Origin: an uncultured Gammaproteobacteria bacterium
GTDB taxonomy: Bacteria; Pseudomonadota; Gammaproteobacteria; Steroidobacterales; UBA11654
DNA: 64,000 bases
Assembly (NCBI GenBank): GCA_902595845.1
Contig: CACJRN010000002.1
Span: forward strand, 142,879-206,878
Direction of reading: 5' to 3'
In this document: in pieces, positions 1 through 9,443 of the stretch
Layout of the letters: every line of letters begins with the position of its first letter
Position numbering within the stretch: position 1 is the first letter of the stretch
Notes under the pieces: model-generated
Told to the model about the DNA's origin: nothing
The model's database searches: none
What the model saw: only the letters and a program-made list of their open reading frames with translations
Made by a program: the position numbers and the translations under genes

Positions 1-2417
1 ACAAAATCAGTTATCATGAATTGACCCTCTCCTCTGACAAATTCTCCGACATGCATTATGGGGGTTCCTTCAGGTGCGTTGTCATTGCATGGCCATTGAA
101 TGCTTCCCAGTTGATCCAGTCTTTCAAATGAGACACCAGTGAATGTTGGCGTTAGCTCTGCAATTTCATCCATTATTTCTTTTGATGAATTAAAGTTCAT
201 CTCGTAACCCATGGCTTTTGCAAGTTCCTGTGTTATCTCCCACTCGTGTTTTCCAGTGATTGGCTCCATAACTGGTCTTACTCTGTTAATTCTTCTCTCA
301 GCATTTGTAAATGTTCCATCTTTTTCTAAGAATGAAGTCGCTGGAAAGAAAACATGAGCAAATTTTGCTGTTTCAGTTAAAAATAGATCCTGTATAACAA
401 CACATTCCATCGATGAGAAAGCCTCTTCAATGTGCTGAGTGTTTGGTTCAGATTGAACAAAATCTTCACCTTGAACAATGATTCCTTTGAATTCGCCTCC
501 AACAGCAGCATCAAACATATTGACCGATCTCATTCCTGGTTGGTCTTGAATTTTTACATTCCATTTGTTTTCAAAGACTGATCTAGCCTTTTCATCTGTA
601 ATTTGTTGATACCCTGCTAATTCATGTGGGAAGGAACCCATATCACAAGATCCCTGTACATTATTTTGACCCCTTAATGGGTTGACTCCTGCCCCTATAA
701 AGCCAACATTTCCAGTTGCCATTGCAAGATTTGCCATACCCATTACCATTGTTGATCCCTGAGAGTGCTCGGTTACACCTAGGCCATAGTAGATAGCACT
801 TTTACCACCTGTTGCATATAGATGAGCAGCTTTCTTGATTATTTCAGCACTGACACCAGTGGGCGCTTCTGCCGCTTCAGGAGAATTTGACTCATCTTTA
901 ATAAACTCCAGCCAATCTTCAAATGAAGCATGATCGCAACGATCCCTGACATAATCAAGATCGAGTAGTCCTTCATTCACAATGTAGTGAGAAAATGCAT
1001 TAATCAAAGGAACGTTTGATCCTGGAAGAATAGGTAAATGATAGTCAGCTTTAATATGAGGTGATTCTACAATGTCAGTTTTTCTTGGATCAACTACGAT
1101 TAACTTCGCCCCTTCTCTGAGCCTTTTTTTCATTTGTGATGCAAAAACCGGATGACCGACGGTTGGATTAGCGCCAATCACCATGATGACATCACAGCTT
1201 TGGACACTTTCAAAATGTTGGGTACCAGCTGATGTTCCAAAAGTTTGCTTCAGGCCGTAACCGGTAGGTGAATGACATACTCTTGCACAGGTATCAACAT
1301 TGTTATTTTGAAACGCTGTTCTGACAAGTTTTTGAACAATATAAGCTTCTTCATTAGTGGTTCTTGCAGAGGTGATACCTCCAATTGAGTTGACCCCATG
1401 ATCCTTTTGAATCTTTTTAAACTTCTCGGCAGCGAAATTAATGGCTTTATCCCATGAAACTTCTTCCCAGGGCTCATCAATGCTTTCCCTGATCAATGGT
1501 CTTTTGATCCTATCTTGATGATTTGCATAACCCCAAGCGAATCTACCTTTAATACAACTATGTCCTTTATTAGCAGATCCACCTTTATAAGGAACCATTC
1601 TAACAACTTCTTTGTCTTTGATTTCTGCCTTAAAAGAGCATCCCACGCCACAATATGCACATGTTGTTAGGACTGTTTTGTTAGGCATGCCTTTTTCTTC
1701 AACACTTTTTTCAATCAAACTGCCAGTCGGACATGCTTGAACACATGCACCACAAGATACGCATTCAGAATCAAAGAAGTTATCAGAGATGCCAGGCTTC
1801 ACTTTAGACTCGAATCCTCTTGATTCAATTGATAATGCAAAAGTCCCTTGAACTTCATTGCAAGCCCTTACGCATCTGGAGCATACAATGCATTTTTCTG
1901 GATCAAAATTAAAATATGGATTTGTTTGATCCACATCTAAACCCAAATGGTTATTGCCATTGTCAAGGCTATATTTTGATTCAGTGAGTTGATTGTTTTC
2001 TAACAAACCATGGATATCAGCTTGATCTTGAAGATCACAATCTTGGTCTGATGCACATGTGTTGCAATCAAGTGGGTGATCAGAGATATACATTTCGAGT
2101 AAATCTTTTCTAAACTTGATCATTTCAGAATTTTGAGTTTTTACGCGCATACCCTCTGACAAAGGTGTAGTGCATGAGGATGGGTATCCAAATCCAGTTC
2201 TACCTTCAAAATCAACAATACAAAGCCTACAAGAGCCAAAATGCTTAATATTGTCAGAAGCACACAGACTTGGGATATCAATATCTAACATTGAGGCGGC
2301 ACGCATAATTGAAGTTCCTTCTGGAACAGTTACCTCAATATCATCAATGTAGCCTGTAACTGTCTTTTCAGACTTTACTGGCGGAGTACCATAATCTTTT
2401 TCTTTTAAGAGTGTCAT
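1..2417 (-). CDS. fdsA: NAD-dependent formate dehydrogenase catalytic (alpha) subunit, Mo-bisPGD/Fe-S; 3' end lies beyond the left window edge
   Basis: Absent from the ORF track (no stop inside the window). Manual translation of the minus strand from ATG 2417 gives one uninterrupted frame: MTLLKEKDYG...GSCRLCIV (2Fe-2S), HPLDCNTC, CIVCSRCVRAC and CVSCGACVQACP (4Fe-4S), TCAYCGVGCS. A MopB-type body follows, with CARVCHSPTG (Cys codon, not TGA/Sec, at the Mo ligand). ATGA overlap with fdsB. Confidence 0.9.
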   Translation of the reverse strand, partial: MTLLKEKDYGTPPVKSEKTVTGYIDDIEVTVPEGTSIMRAASMLDIDIPSLCASDNIKHFGSCRLCIVDFEGRTGFGYPSSCTTPLSEGMRVKTQNSEMIKFRKDLLEMYISDHPLDCNTCASDQDCDLQDQADIHGLLENNQLTESKYSLDNGNNHLGLDVDQTNPYFNFDPEKCIVCSRCVRACNEVQGTFALSIESRGFESKVKPGISDNFFDSECVSCGACVQACPTGSLIEKSVEEKGMPNKTVLTTCAYCGVGCSFKAEIKDKEVVRMVPYKGGSANKGHSCIKGRFAWGYANHQDRIKRPLIRESIDEPWEEVSWDKAINFAAEKFKKIQKDHGVNSIGGITSARTTNEEAYIVQKLVRTAFQNNNVDTCARVCHSPTGYGLKQTFGTSAGTQHFESVQSCDVIMVIGANPTVGHPVFASQMKKRLREGAKLIVVDPRKTDIVESPHIKADYHLPILPGSNVPLINAFSHYIVNEGLLDLDYVRDRCDHASFEDWLEFIKDESNSPEAAEAPTGVSAEIIKKAAHLYATGGKSAIYYGLGVTEHSQGSTMVMGMANLAMATGNVGFIGAGVNPLRGQNNVQGSCDMGSFPHELAGYQQITDEKARSVFENKWNVKIQDQPGMRSVNMFDAAVGGEFKGIIVQGEDFVQSEPNTQHIEEAFSSMECVVIQDLFLTETAKFAHVFFPATSFLEKDGTFTNAERRINRVRPVMEPITGKHEWEITQELAKAMGYEMNFNSSKEIMDEIAELTPTFTGVSFERLDQLGSIQWPCNDNAPEGTPIMHVGEFVRGEGQFMITDF

Positions 2418-3946
2418 TCCTCTGTTAATTCTCCTGGAAAATGATTGATTATAGAATAGATTGGATTGGGCGTCATTCCTCCCATAGCACATAGCGAAGT
2501 CGCTTCCATTGTTTCACAAAGATCTTTTAGTAGACCGATATCTTTAGTTGAGGATTTATTTTCTTGAAGTCGATCAATGATCTCTATCCCTCTGATTGAG
2601 CCGATCCTGCAGGGCGTACATTTACCGCATGACTCCTTTGAACAGAATTCCATAGCAAATTTAGCTTGCTCTGACATATCTACAGTATCATCAAAAATAA
2701 CTATTCCACCATGACCCACAGATCCCTTAATACTCTGCAATGACTCAATAGTAAGTTTCGTCGACATCATGTTTGATGAGAGATAAAGTCCGAGTGGTCC
2801 ACCAATTTGTATAGCATGAATGGGCCTGCCTGATTTTGTTTTTTTGCCAAAGGTTTCAATCATTTCACCGATTGATATATCAAACTCAGTTTCCACCAAT
2901 CCAGATTGTGAAATATTTCCACAAAGCTGAAATGGCATCGTCCCGATGGATTTTCCAGATCCAATATTAGAAAACTCAGTCAGAGATCCATTGAGTAATG
3001 GTGGAATGGTAGCAAGTGTGACAACGTTATTTATCAATGTGGGTTTATCGAAAAGACCATTGATTGCTGGCAGAGGAGGTTTAGATCGAACAAGGCCCCT
3101 ACGACCTTCAATGCTTTCCATCATGGCAGTTTCTTCACCACATACATAAGACCCCGCCCCAATTCTCAAATCAATATCGAAATCAAATTCTTTAGATAAT
3201 ATTCCATTTCCAAGGAGATTATTTTCCTTAGCGATAGAAATTGCTTTTGTAAGATAATCTTTTGCCAGTGGATATTCTGAACGAAGATAAATAAAACCCT
3301 TTGATGCACCCACTGCATAAGCAGCAATAGTCATTCCTTCAATCAGAGCAAAGGGATCTGACTCCATGATCAAACGATCAGAAAAAGTTCCTCCATCTCC
3401 TTCATCGGCATTGCATGCCAAGTATTTTATAGAGCTATCCTGATCATAGACAGTTTGTAATTTGATACCGGTTGGAAAAGCAGCGCCACCTCTTCCTGTT
3501 AATCCAGATTCTTTGATTTTGTTAATAATTGATTGTTGATCAAGGTTCAGGGCATTTCTCAGTGAATGATAACCTCCATTTTCTTGATATAACGAGAGGT
3601 CCAAAGGGTCGCCTAACCCGATCCTGGAAAAAACAATCCTTTTTTGTTTTTTGATGAATTCTATATCTCTAATATCAAAAGGACTTTTGTTTTCAAACTC
3701 AATCATGAAGTCGTCAATCGTAATGCAATGAGATATATCTGTACCTTTAAAGCTCGCACCGATTCTTTGACCATCTTTTTCGACTTCAATGAAGGGCTCA
3801 AGCCAGAAGGCACCCCAAGAACCATTCCTAATGATTTTAACTTTGTCTATATCTTTTAGAGATGAGATCTTTTGATAAAGGTCATTTGCACCCACTGAGT
3901 TGGAAGTTGTTTCATTAGGGATATATATTTTTAAATCAGTATTCAT
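2414..3946 (-). CDS. fdsB: Formate dehydrogenase beta subunit (NuoF-like, FMN/NAD-binding, 4Fe-4S)
   Basis: 510 aa. GRGGAAFPTG and CGKCTPCRIGS motifs of the NuoF family, plus an N-terminal thioredoxin-like extension. ATGA overlaps on both sides (fdsG, fdsA). Confidence 0.9.
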   Translation of the reverse strand: MNTDLKIYIPNETTSNSVGANDLYQKISSLKDIDKVKIIRNGSWGAFWLEPFIEVEKDGQRIGASFKGTDISHCITIDDFMIEFENKSPFDIRDIEFIKKQKRIVFSRIGLGDPLDLSLYQENGGYHSLRNALNLDQQSIINKIKESGLTGRGGAAFPTGIKLQTVYDQDSSIKYLACNADEGDGGTFSDRLIMESDPFALIEGMTIAAYAVGASKGFIYLRSEYPLAKDYLTKAISIAKENNLLGNGILSKEFDFDIDLRIGAGSYVCGEETAMMESIEGRRGLVRSKPPLPAINGLFDKPTLINNVVTLATIPPLLNGSLTEFSNIGSGKSIGTMPFQLCGNISQSGLVETEFDISIGEMIETFGKKTKSGRPIHAIQIGGPLGLYLSSNMMSTKLTIESLQSIKGSVGHGGIVIFDDTVDMSEQAKFAMEFCSKESCGKCTPCRIGSIRGIEIIDRLQENKSSTKDIGLLKDLCETMEATSLCAMGGMTPNPIYSIINHFPGELTEE

Positions 3947-4392
3947 TTCTCGGTTTTTTCTAGAAATTTTATGACCTTATCTTTGCTTGCCTCACCAAGG
4001 ACTGAATCATTAATCATCACCGATGGTCCGAGTGCACAGTTTCCTAGGCAAAAGACCTCTTTAATTGTAATCTCCGAGTCTCCGCTTGTCTGATGCAAGT
4101 CTAGACCAAAATGTGATGTCAGTTCTTGTGTCAATTCTTCAGACTTTTGGCTTTGGCATGCCTCTGCTCTACAAATTCTTATTATGTTTTTACCCAATGG
4201 TTCTTGACTGAAGTCATCGTAGTAAGTCAAAACATCTAAGACTTCCGCTTTTGAGTAGTTAAAGGCGATGGCTAATTCCGAAATGGCATCATTGCTGATA
4301 TACCCCTCTTCTTCCTGTATCGCATGGAGCGCAGGCATCAATCCTCCTTCAAGTTGAGTAAAGGGTTCTATGATTGCTTTAAGACTAGACAT
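3943..4392 (-). CDS. fdsG: Formate dehydrogenase gamma subunit (NuoE-like 2Fe-2S)
   Basis: NuoE-type Cys pattern (CRAEAC...CLGNCALGPS). The track ORF extends to 4473, but the first 27 codons overlap the rhodanese gene. ATG at 4392 (MSSLKAIIEPF...) gives an 8-nt ATGTCTAG overlap with the upstream stop. Confidence 0.85.
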   Translation of the reverse strand: MSSLKAIIEPFTQLEGGLMPALHAIQEEEGYISNDAISELAIAFNYSKAEVLDVLTYYDDFSQEPLGKNIIRICRAEACQSQKSEELTQELTSHFGLDLHQTSGDSEITIKEVFCLGNCALGPSVMINDSVLGEASKDKVIKFLEKTEK

Positions 4393-4687
4393 CAGAATCA
4401 ATCCACATTTCATAACCACCTTGCATGCTAAAGACATCTTTAAACCCAATATCAAAAAAGTATTGAGCAGCATCTCTGCTTGATATCCCCTTATAGCAAT
4501 AGATTATTGTTTTCTTATCTTTATCTGCATTCGCAACAAATTCATCGATGCTTTCGTTTGAAACATGAATGGCACCAGAAATATGACTAGAGCTATAACT
4601 CGCTTTGTCTCGAATATCCAATAAATAAATATCAGAAGAAATCATCTCTTTTGTTTCTTCAACCGAAATTTGTTTATAACTACTCAT
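4385..4687 (-). CDS. Single-domain rhodanese (GlpE-like thiosulfate sulfurtransferase)
   Basis: 100 aa. Active-site loop CYKGISS, then RDAAQYF...GGYEMW, which closely resembles E. coli GlpE (CYHGNSS...AAQYL...GGFEAW). First cistron of the fds operon. Confidence 0.8.
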   Translation of the reverse strand: MSSYKQISVEETKEMISSDIYLLDIRDKASYSSSHISGAIHVSNESIDEFVANADKDKKTIIYCYKGISSRDAAQYFFDIGFKDVFSMQGGYEMWIDSDV

Positions 4688-4756
4688 ACAATTTAACCTA
4701 TTGTTTGATAGCCATTATAATTATTATGTTTAGAAACACACCAATAACGTGCACAA

Positions 4757-5932
4757 ATGAATAAATATGACACCATCATTATCGGATCTGGACCAGTAGG
4801 CCTAAGCCTTGCTAAATCATTGTCCAATGCAAATTTTAGTGTTTGTGTCATAGATCGACAGACCGCGAAAGATCTTTCTTCTCCACCATATGATGGGCGA
4901 GAAGTTGCTATCACACATTTTTCAAAACGAATTCTCAATGATATCGGTTCATGGGATTTGATTGATGAGAGTTGTATTTCTCAATTAAAAGAGGCGAAAG
5001 TTGTCAATGGTCATTCGCCCTATTCATTGCATTTTGATTTTGAAGATACAAATCAATCAACACTTGGTTATTTGATACCGAATCATAAAATAAAGTCAGC
5101 GATTTTTAGCTCCATCATTGACGATCCAAAGATCACATTCAAAGAGCAAAGTAGCTCAAAGTCTTTTCATATTAATCCTGAGGGAGTAGAAGTTGAATTA
5201 GATTCAGGTGAAACCATTCATGGTGAGTTACTGGTGGCAGCAGATGGGAGATTATCAGGATCAAGGAGGCAAATGGGAATACCTGCTGAGGTGAAAGATT
5301 TTGGTAAAACAGTGATTGTTTGCAAAATGAATCATGAAATAGAGCATGAAAATATTGCCTATGAGTGTTTTCATTATGGCAGAACGTTAGCGGTATTGCC
5401 TATGGTTGGAAAGCAATGTTCTGTCGTCATCACCGTTCACAGTGACAAAGCAAAAGATATATTGGATCAAGATGACACTGTCTTCAGCCAAGATATTGCA
5501 GAGAGATTCAATCATCGACTTGGGAAAATGTCGATAGCATCTGAAAAATTTTCTTACCCATTATTTGCCTCACACGCTGATCACTTTCATGCAGAACGTT
5601 TTGCTCTTGTAGGAGATGCCTCTGTTGGCATGCATCCTGTAACAGCACATGGCTTTAATCTCGGTTTAAGAGGCATAGATACACTGACAAGGATCCTGAA
5701 TGAAGCAAAATCAAGCAATGAACCTTTTTACACAAAGGAAAATTTAAAAAAATACAACCAAACGCATCAAATGAATACCAGAACACTCTATTATGGAACC
5801 AATCTGATCGTTGATCTATTTAACTCAGAAAGATCCTATGCAAAATTTATGAGACGGTTTGCACTTCGATTTGGAAACAACGTTTGGCCAATCAAAAAGA
5901 TGATCATGGATCAACTCACTGAAACAAAGTAA
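4757..5932 (+). CDS. FAD-dependent monooxygenase, UbiH/UbiF/VisC/COQ6 family
   Basis: N-terminal IIGSGPVGLSLA (GxGxxG) and GDASVGMHPVTAHGFNLGL family signature. 391 aa. Confidence 0.8.
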   Translation: MNKYDTIIIGSGPVGLSLAKSLSNANFSVCVIDRQTAKDLSSPPYDGREVAITHFSKRILNDIGSWDLIDESCISQLKEAKVVNGHSPYSLHFDFEDTNQSTLGYLIPNHKIKSAIFSSIIDDPKITFKEQSSSKSFHINPEGVEVELDSGETIHGELLVAADGRLSGSRRQMGIPAEVKDFGKTVIVCKMNHEIEHENIAYECFHYGRTLAVLPMVGKQCSVVITVHSDKAKDILDQDDTVFSQDIAERFNHRLGKMSIASEKFSYPLFASHADHFHAERFALVGDASVGMHPVTAHGFNLGLRGIDTLTRILNEAKSSNEPFYTKENLKKYNQTHQMNTRTLYYGTNLIVDLFNSERSYAKFMRRFALRFGNNVWPIKKMIMDQLTETK

Positions 5933-5948
5933 CTTTGAGTTTGAAGAA

Positions 5949-6746
5949 ATGCCATCGATAGATAATCTGACCCCATCAAGTTCATTAATGCTCGTAAGAG
6001 ATTCATGCGATGGCATTCAAGTATTTATGATGAAAAGAGCACAGAAGAGTAATTTCGGCGGGATATGGGTTTTTCCTGGCGGAATCATAGAAAACCAAGA
6101 CAAAGAGATTGCAGAAAAAGATTTTTGTAAAGGCTTAACAGAATCTGATGCAAAAGGGATACTCAATAATGATAACGAATCACTTCACTATTGGATTGCA
6201 TCATTAAGAGAAACATTCGAAGAATCAGGCGCCCTCATTGCCAATAGAGAAGACAATAGTGTTTTCGTACCAACAGATGATGAATTAGGAACTTTAGAGA
6301 AATTAAGAAATGACTTACTCAATGGAAATATTTCATTCATGTCTATTTTGATTCAACTGAATCTAAAAATAGACCTCAGTCGCCTCATTTATGTTTCTCA
6401 TTGGATTACTCCAAATGTAGAAACAAAAAGATACACAACGCGATTTTTTCTAACATCATTGAATGAGGATATGGCACTCAGGCATGACGGCATTGAAGGA
6501 ACGGATAGCAACTGGTTTGGTATTAATAATCTTCTCAAAGATTATGAAAATGGAAAGGTTTCCTTGATAATGCCTACGATTAAGAATTTAGAATCCATTA
6601 CTAACTTTGCAAATACTGATGAGCTGATGTCTGCCAAAAAAAGTATTAACCCAAAAGATATACCTGCAATTGAACCCAAATTCTTCATTGAAAATGGAAA
6701 ATGGAGAGGATTGTTGCCTGGAGAGGATGGATATGAGGATCACTAA
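5949..6746 (+). CDS. NUDIX hydrolase
   Basis: Nudix box visible: FPGGIIENQD...SLRETFEESGALI. 265 aa. Confidence 0.7.
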   Translation: MPSIDNLTPSSSLMLVRDSCDGIQVFMMKRAQKSNFGGIWVFPGGIIENQDKEIAEKDFCKGLTESDAKGILNNDNESLHYWIASLRETFEESGALIANREDNSVFVPTDDELGTLEKLRNDLLNGNISFMSILIQLNLKIDLSRLIYVSHWITPNVETKRYTTRFFLTSLNEDMALRHDGIEGTDSNWFGINNLLKDYENGKVSLIMPTIKNLESITNFANTDELMSAKKSINPKDIPAIEPKFFIENGKWRGLLPGEDGYEDH

Positions 6747-7542
6747 AATATCAGATGATATAAATAGAATCACTGCAGATAATGGCGGAATATTTACTGG
6801 CCCTGGAACAAATACTTATATGGTTGGCAAAAAAGAGATCTCTGTGATTGATCCAGGTCCTGATTTGAGCAACCACATCGATGACATAATAGAGATGAGT
6901 GACGGAAAGATTACAAAGATTTTCATTACTCATACACATCAAGATCACTCACCAGGTGCAAAATCTTTAAGTGAAAGATTGAATTTACCCATTTACGGCT
7001 GTGTCACAGAGTCTTCTCAAATGAGAGATATGCCAATAGATATCTCATATAAAGTTGAGCATCAGTCAGTTATAACCTCTTCCGATCATGAGATTATGCC
7101 AATTCACACGCCTGGTCATGCATCCAATCACTTCTGTTATTTGTATGATGGTTATCTATTTACAGGAGATCATATTATGCAAGGGTCTACTGTTGTGATA
7201 GCACCACCCGATGGGAATATGACTGAGTATTTAGATTCACTTGAATTAATACATGACTTTTCCGTTCGAACAATACTTCCAGGTCATGGCGATCCGATCA
7301 ATGAACCATATAATGAAATTGATGCAACAATCAAACATCGTCTCAAAAGAGAAAAGAAAGTCATTGAACAACTAAAAGAGGCTCATCCCATAGACATAGA
7401 TTCATTGGTGCCAAAGGTTTATGATGATGTGAATTCATTTTTGCATCCAATCGCTCGTTTTTCTCTAGAAGCACATTTAATCAGGTTAATTGAGAATAAT
7501 CAGGCGACATTTGATGGACAAAAATACTCACTAGTAGAATAA
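6733..7542 (+). CDS. MBL-fold metallo-hydrolase (LACTB2/glyoxalase II-like)
   Basis: THTHQDHSPG (HxHxDH) and later HTPGH / GDH motifs. The track ORF starts at 6670 inside the NUDIX gene. ATG 6733 sits 7 nt after GGAGAGG; ATG 6727 is an alternative. Confidence 0.75.
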   Translation: MRITKISDDINRITADNGGIFTGPGTNTYMVGKKEISVIDPGPDLSNHIDDIIEMSDGKITKIFITHTHQDHSPGAKSLSERLNLPIYGCVTESSQMRDMPIDISYKVEHQSVITSSDHEIMPIHTPGHASNHFCYLYDGYLFTGDHIMQGSTVVIAPPDGNMTEYLDSLELIHDFSVRTILPGHGDPINEPYNEIDATIKHRLKREKKVIEQLKEAHPIDIDSLVPKVYDDVNSFLHPIARFSLEAHLIRLIENNQATFDGQKYSLVE

Positions 7543-7549
7543 TTAGCTC

Positions 7550-8788
7550 ATGGACACTTCAATATTGATATCTCTAGCTGTTCCAATCTTTTTTTTGATG
7601 ATTGGTATAGAGCTTATTTATGGCTATGCAGCTGGTAAAAACAATTACCGACTAAACGATTCTATTGCTGCAATCTCCTTGGGCCTGATCAGCCGAATAC
7701 CACCAATGCTCAATCTTGGTGTTCAAGGGGTTGTTTGGACTAGTATTGCTACACATTATAATCTTCAGTTGCTACCCAAAGATACTTGGGTGACATGGGT
7801 GTTGGCATTTATTCTTTATGATGTTTGTTATTACTGGATGCATAGGATGAGTCATGAAGTGAAAGTGCTTTGGGCTTCTCACGTTGTGCACCACCAAGGT
7901 GAAGAGTTCAATTTAAGTACAGCATTGAGGCAAACGAGTTCAGGTTGGTTATGGAAGTGGATTTTTTATACGCCAATGTTTTTTGTAGGAGTCCCTGGTG
8001 AAGTCTTCTTCACAGTTGCAGCAGTTAATTTGTTATATCAGTTTTGGGTTCATACAGAGCATATTGGCAAATTAGGGATACTTGAATATATTTTCATAAC
8101 ACCATCCAATCACAGGGTTCACCATGCACAAAATCCCGAATACATTGATGCAAACTATGGTGGTGTATTTATCCTATGGGATAGAATGTTTGGAACTTTC
8201 ATAGAGGAAATGGATGATTTAAAACCAACCTATGGAACTGTAAAGCCTCTGAGAAGCTGGAATCCAATATGGTCTAATCTCGAGATTTATCATCAAATGA
8301 TTAGAGACAGTTTCCATACAAATGGCTTTAAGAACAAGATCAAAGTTTGGTTTTCAAGTACTAGGTGGAGACCTGATGATGTGATGGAACAGTTTCCACA
8401 CGTTTCCAATGATATGAGCAATTTTGTTAAATATGATCCAGAATGCGACTCTCCAACCAAGACATTCTCATTATTGCAGTTCATCACCAATAGCATTATA
8501 TCGACTGCTTTGATCTTTACGGTTGCAGATCAATCCTATGTAATAACTTGCATTGTTGCAGCTATGCTTATTTTTTCTACTACTTTGGTCAATCTCATAC
8601 TTGAGAATAAACAATGGGCAGTTAATCTAGAAATCATTCGATCCATATTTGTCGTGACTGCTTATTTGAGTTTCAACATACAACCCTCAATCCTTACGAT
8701 TGATTTATTTTTCTACCAAGCACTAATGAGTATTTTTTACTTGCTCATGTTCTTGCCGATAAATAATAGGTTATCGATTATTAAATAA
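7550..8788 (+). CDS. Fatty-acid hydroxylase superfamily membrane di-iron enzyme, alkylglycerol monooxygenase (AGMO/TMEM195)-like
   Basis: His boxes [31 protein letters not shown] and [30 protein letters not shown]. Multi-TM N-terminus and a roughly 130-aa hydrophobic C-terminal extension. Confidence 0.7.
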   Translation: [412 protein letters not shown]

Positions 8789-8800
8789 TTTACTCAGTTC

Positions 8801-9436
8801 ATGGATTTTTTCTTTCAAGTCATTGCTATAGCAATACCTGTGATATATGCAATCACTGTTCATGAAGTTGCACATGGACTGATTGCAAAAGGTTTTGGAG
8901 ATATGACAGCTTCAAGGCAGGGACGTCTGACACTCAATCCAATTGCACATATCGATATGCTGGGAACTGTAATTCTGCCTGCTCTATTGATTTATCTAGG
9001 TGGGTTAGTATTTGGATGGGCAAAACCAGTGCCGGTCAATCCATATAATTTTAAAAATAGAAACAGGGCAATGTTTTTTGTCGCCATAGCAGGCCCTCTA
9101 GCAAATTTAATTATGGCTATCATCTGGTCAACCCTATTCATGATATTCTTTGCTTTCTCTATGGAGAGTTTATTGTCTGTCAGATTTACCGAGCTTTTTA
9201 CATTGATGTGCACCTATGGTGTATTCATTAACCTCCTTCTTATGTTTTTCAACCTTTTGCCAATTCCACCACTTGATGGAGGTAGAGTTCTGAGATCAGC
9301 CATGTCTGATAGGAATGGTTTATTAATAGATCAAATTGAACCATATGGAATATTTGTTGTTTTTGGTCTTCTGTTTCTTGGAGTTTTAGATCCAATGTTT
9401 TCAGTTGTACAAACAATGACTAGATTCATGCTTTAA
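8801..9436 (+). CDS. Site-2 protease family (M50) integral-membrane zinc metalloprotease
   Basis: HEVAHGL zinc motif in TM1, a later LLPIPPLDGG motif, polytopic. 211 aa. Confidence 0.75.
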   Translation: MDFFFQVIAIAIPVIYAITVHEVAHGLIAKGFGDMTASRQGRLTLNPIAHIDMLGTVILPALLIYLGGLVFGWAKPVPVNPYNFKNRNRAMFFVAIAGPLANLIMAIIWSTLFMIFFAFSMESLLSVRFTELFTLMCTYGVFINLLLMFFNLLPIPPLDGGRVLRSAMSDRNGLLIDQIEPYGIFVVFGLLFLGVLDPMFSVVQTMTRFML

Positions 9437-9443
9437 TGCATTG

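Noticed and set aside
1-2417. No ORF is listed in the track for the first 2.4 kb. I asked whether this was a disrupted gene or a TGA-selenocysteine formate dehydrogenase.
   Set aside because: Manual translation gives a continuous, sensible FdsA sequence in one frame from ATG 2417 to the window edge. The Mo-ligand position is a Cys codon (CARVCHSPT). The ORF is probably missing only because it has no stop inside the window. The listed 1250..1480 and 2170..2352 ORFs are out-of-frame or antisense shadows.
2414-4392. A second NuoE/NuoF-like pair appears in the same window as nuoE/nuoF. I asked whether it is a duplication or a partial second complex I.
   Set aside because: The pair is translationally coupled to a formate dehydrogenase catalytic subunit. 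The F-like protein has the FdsB-type N-terminal extension. These are the expected diaphorase subunits of NAD-dependent FDH.
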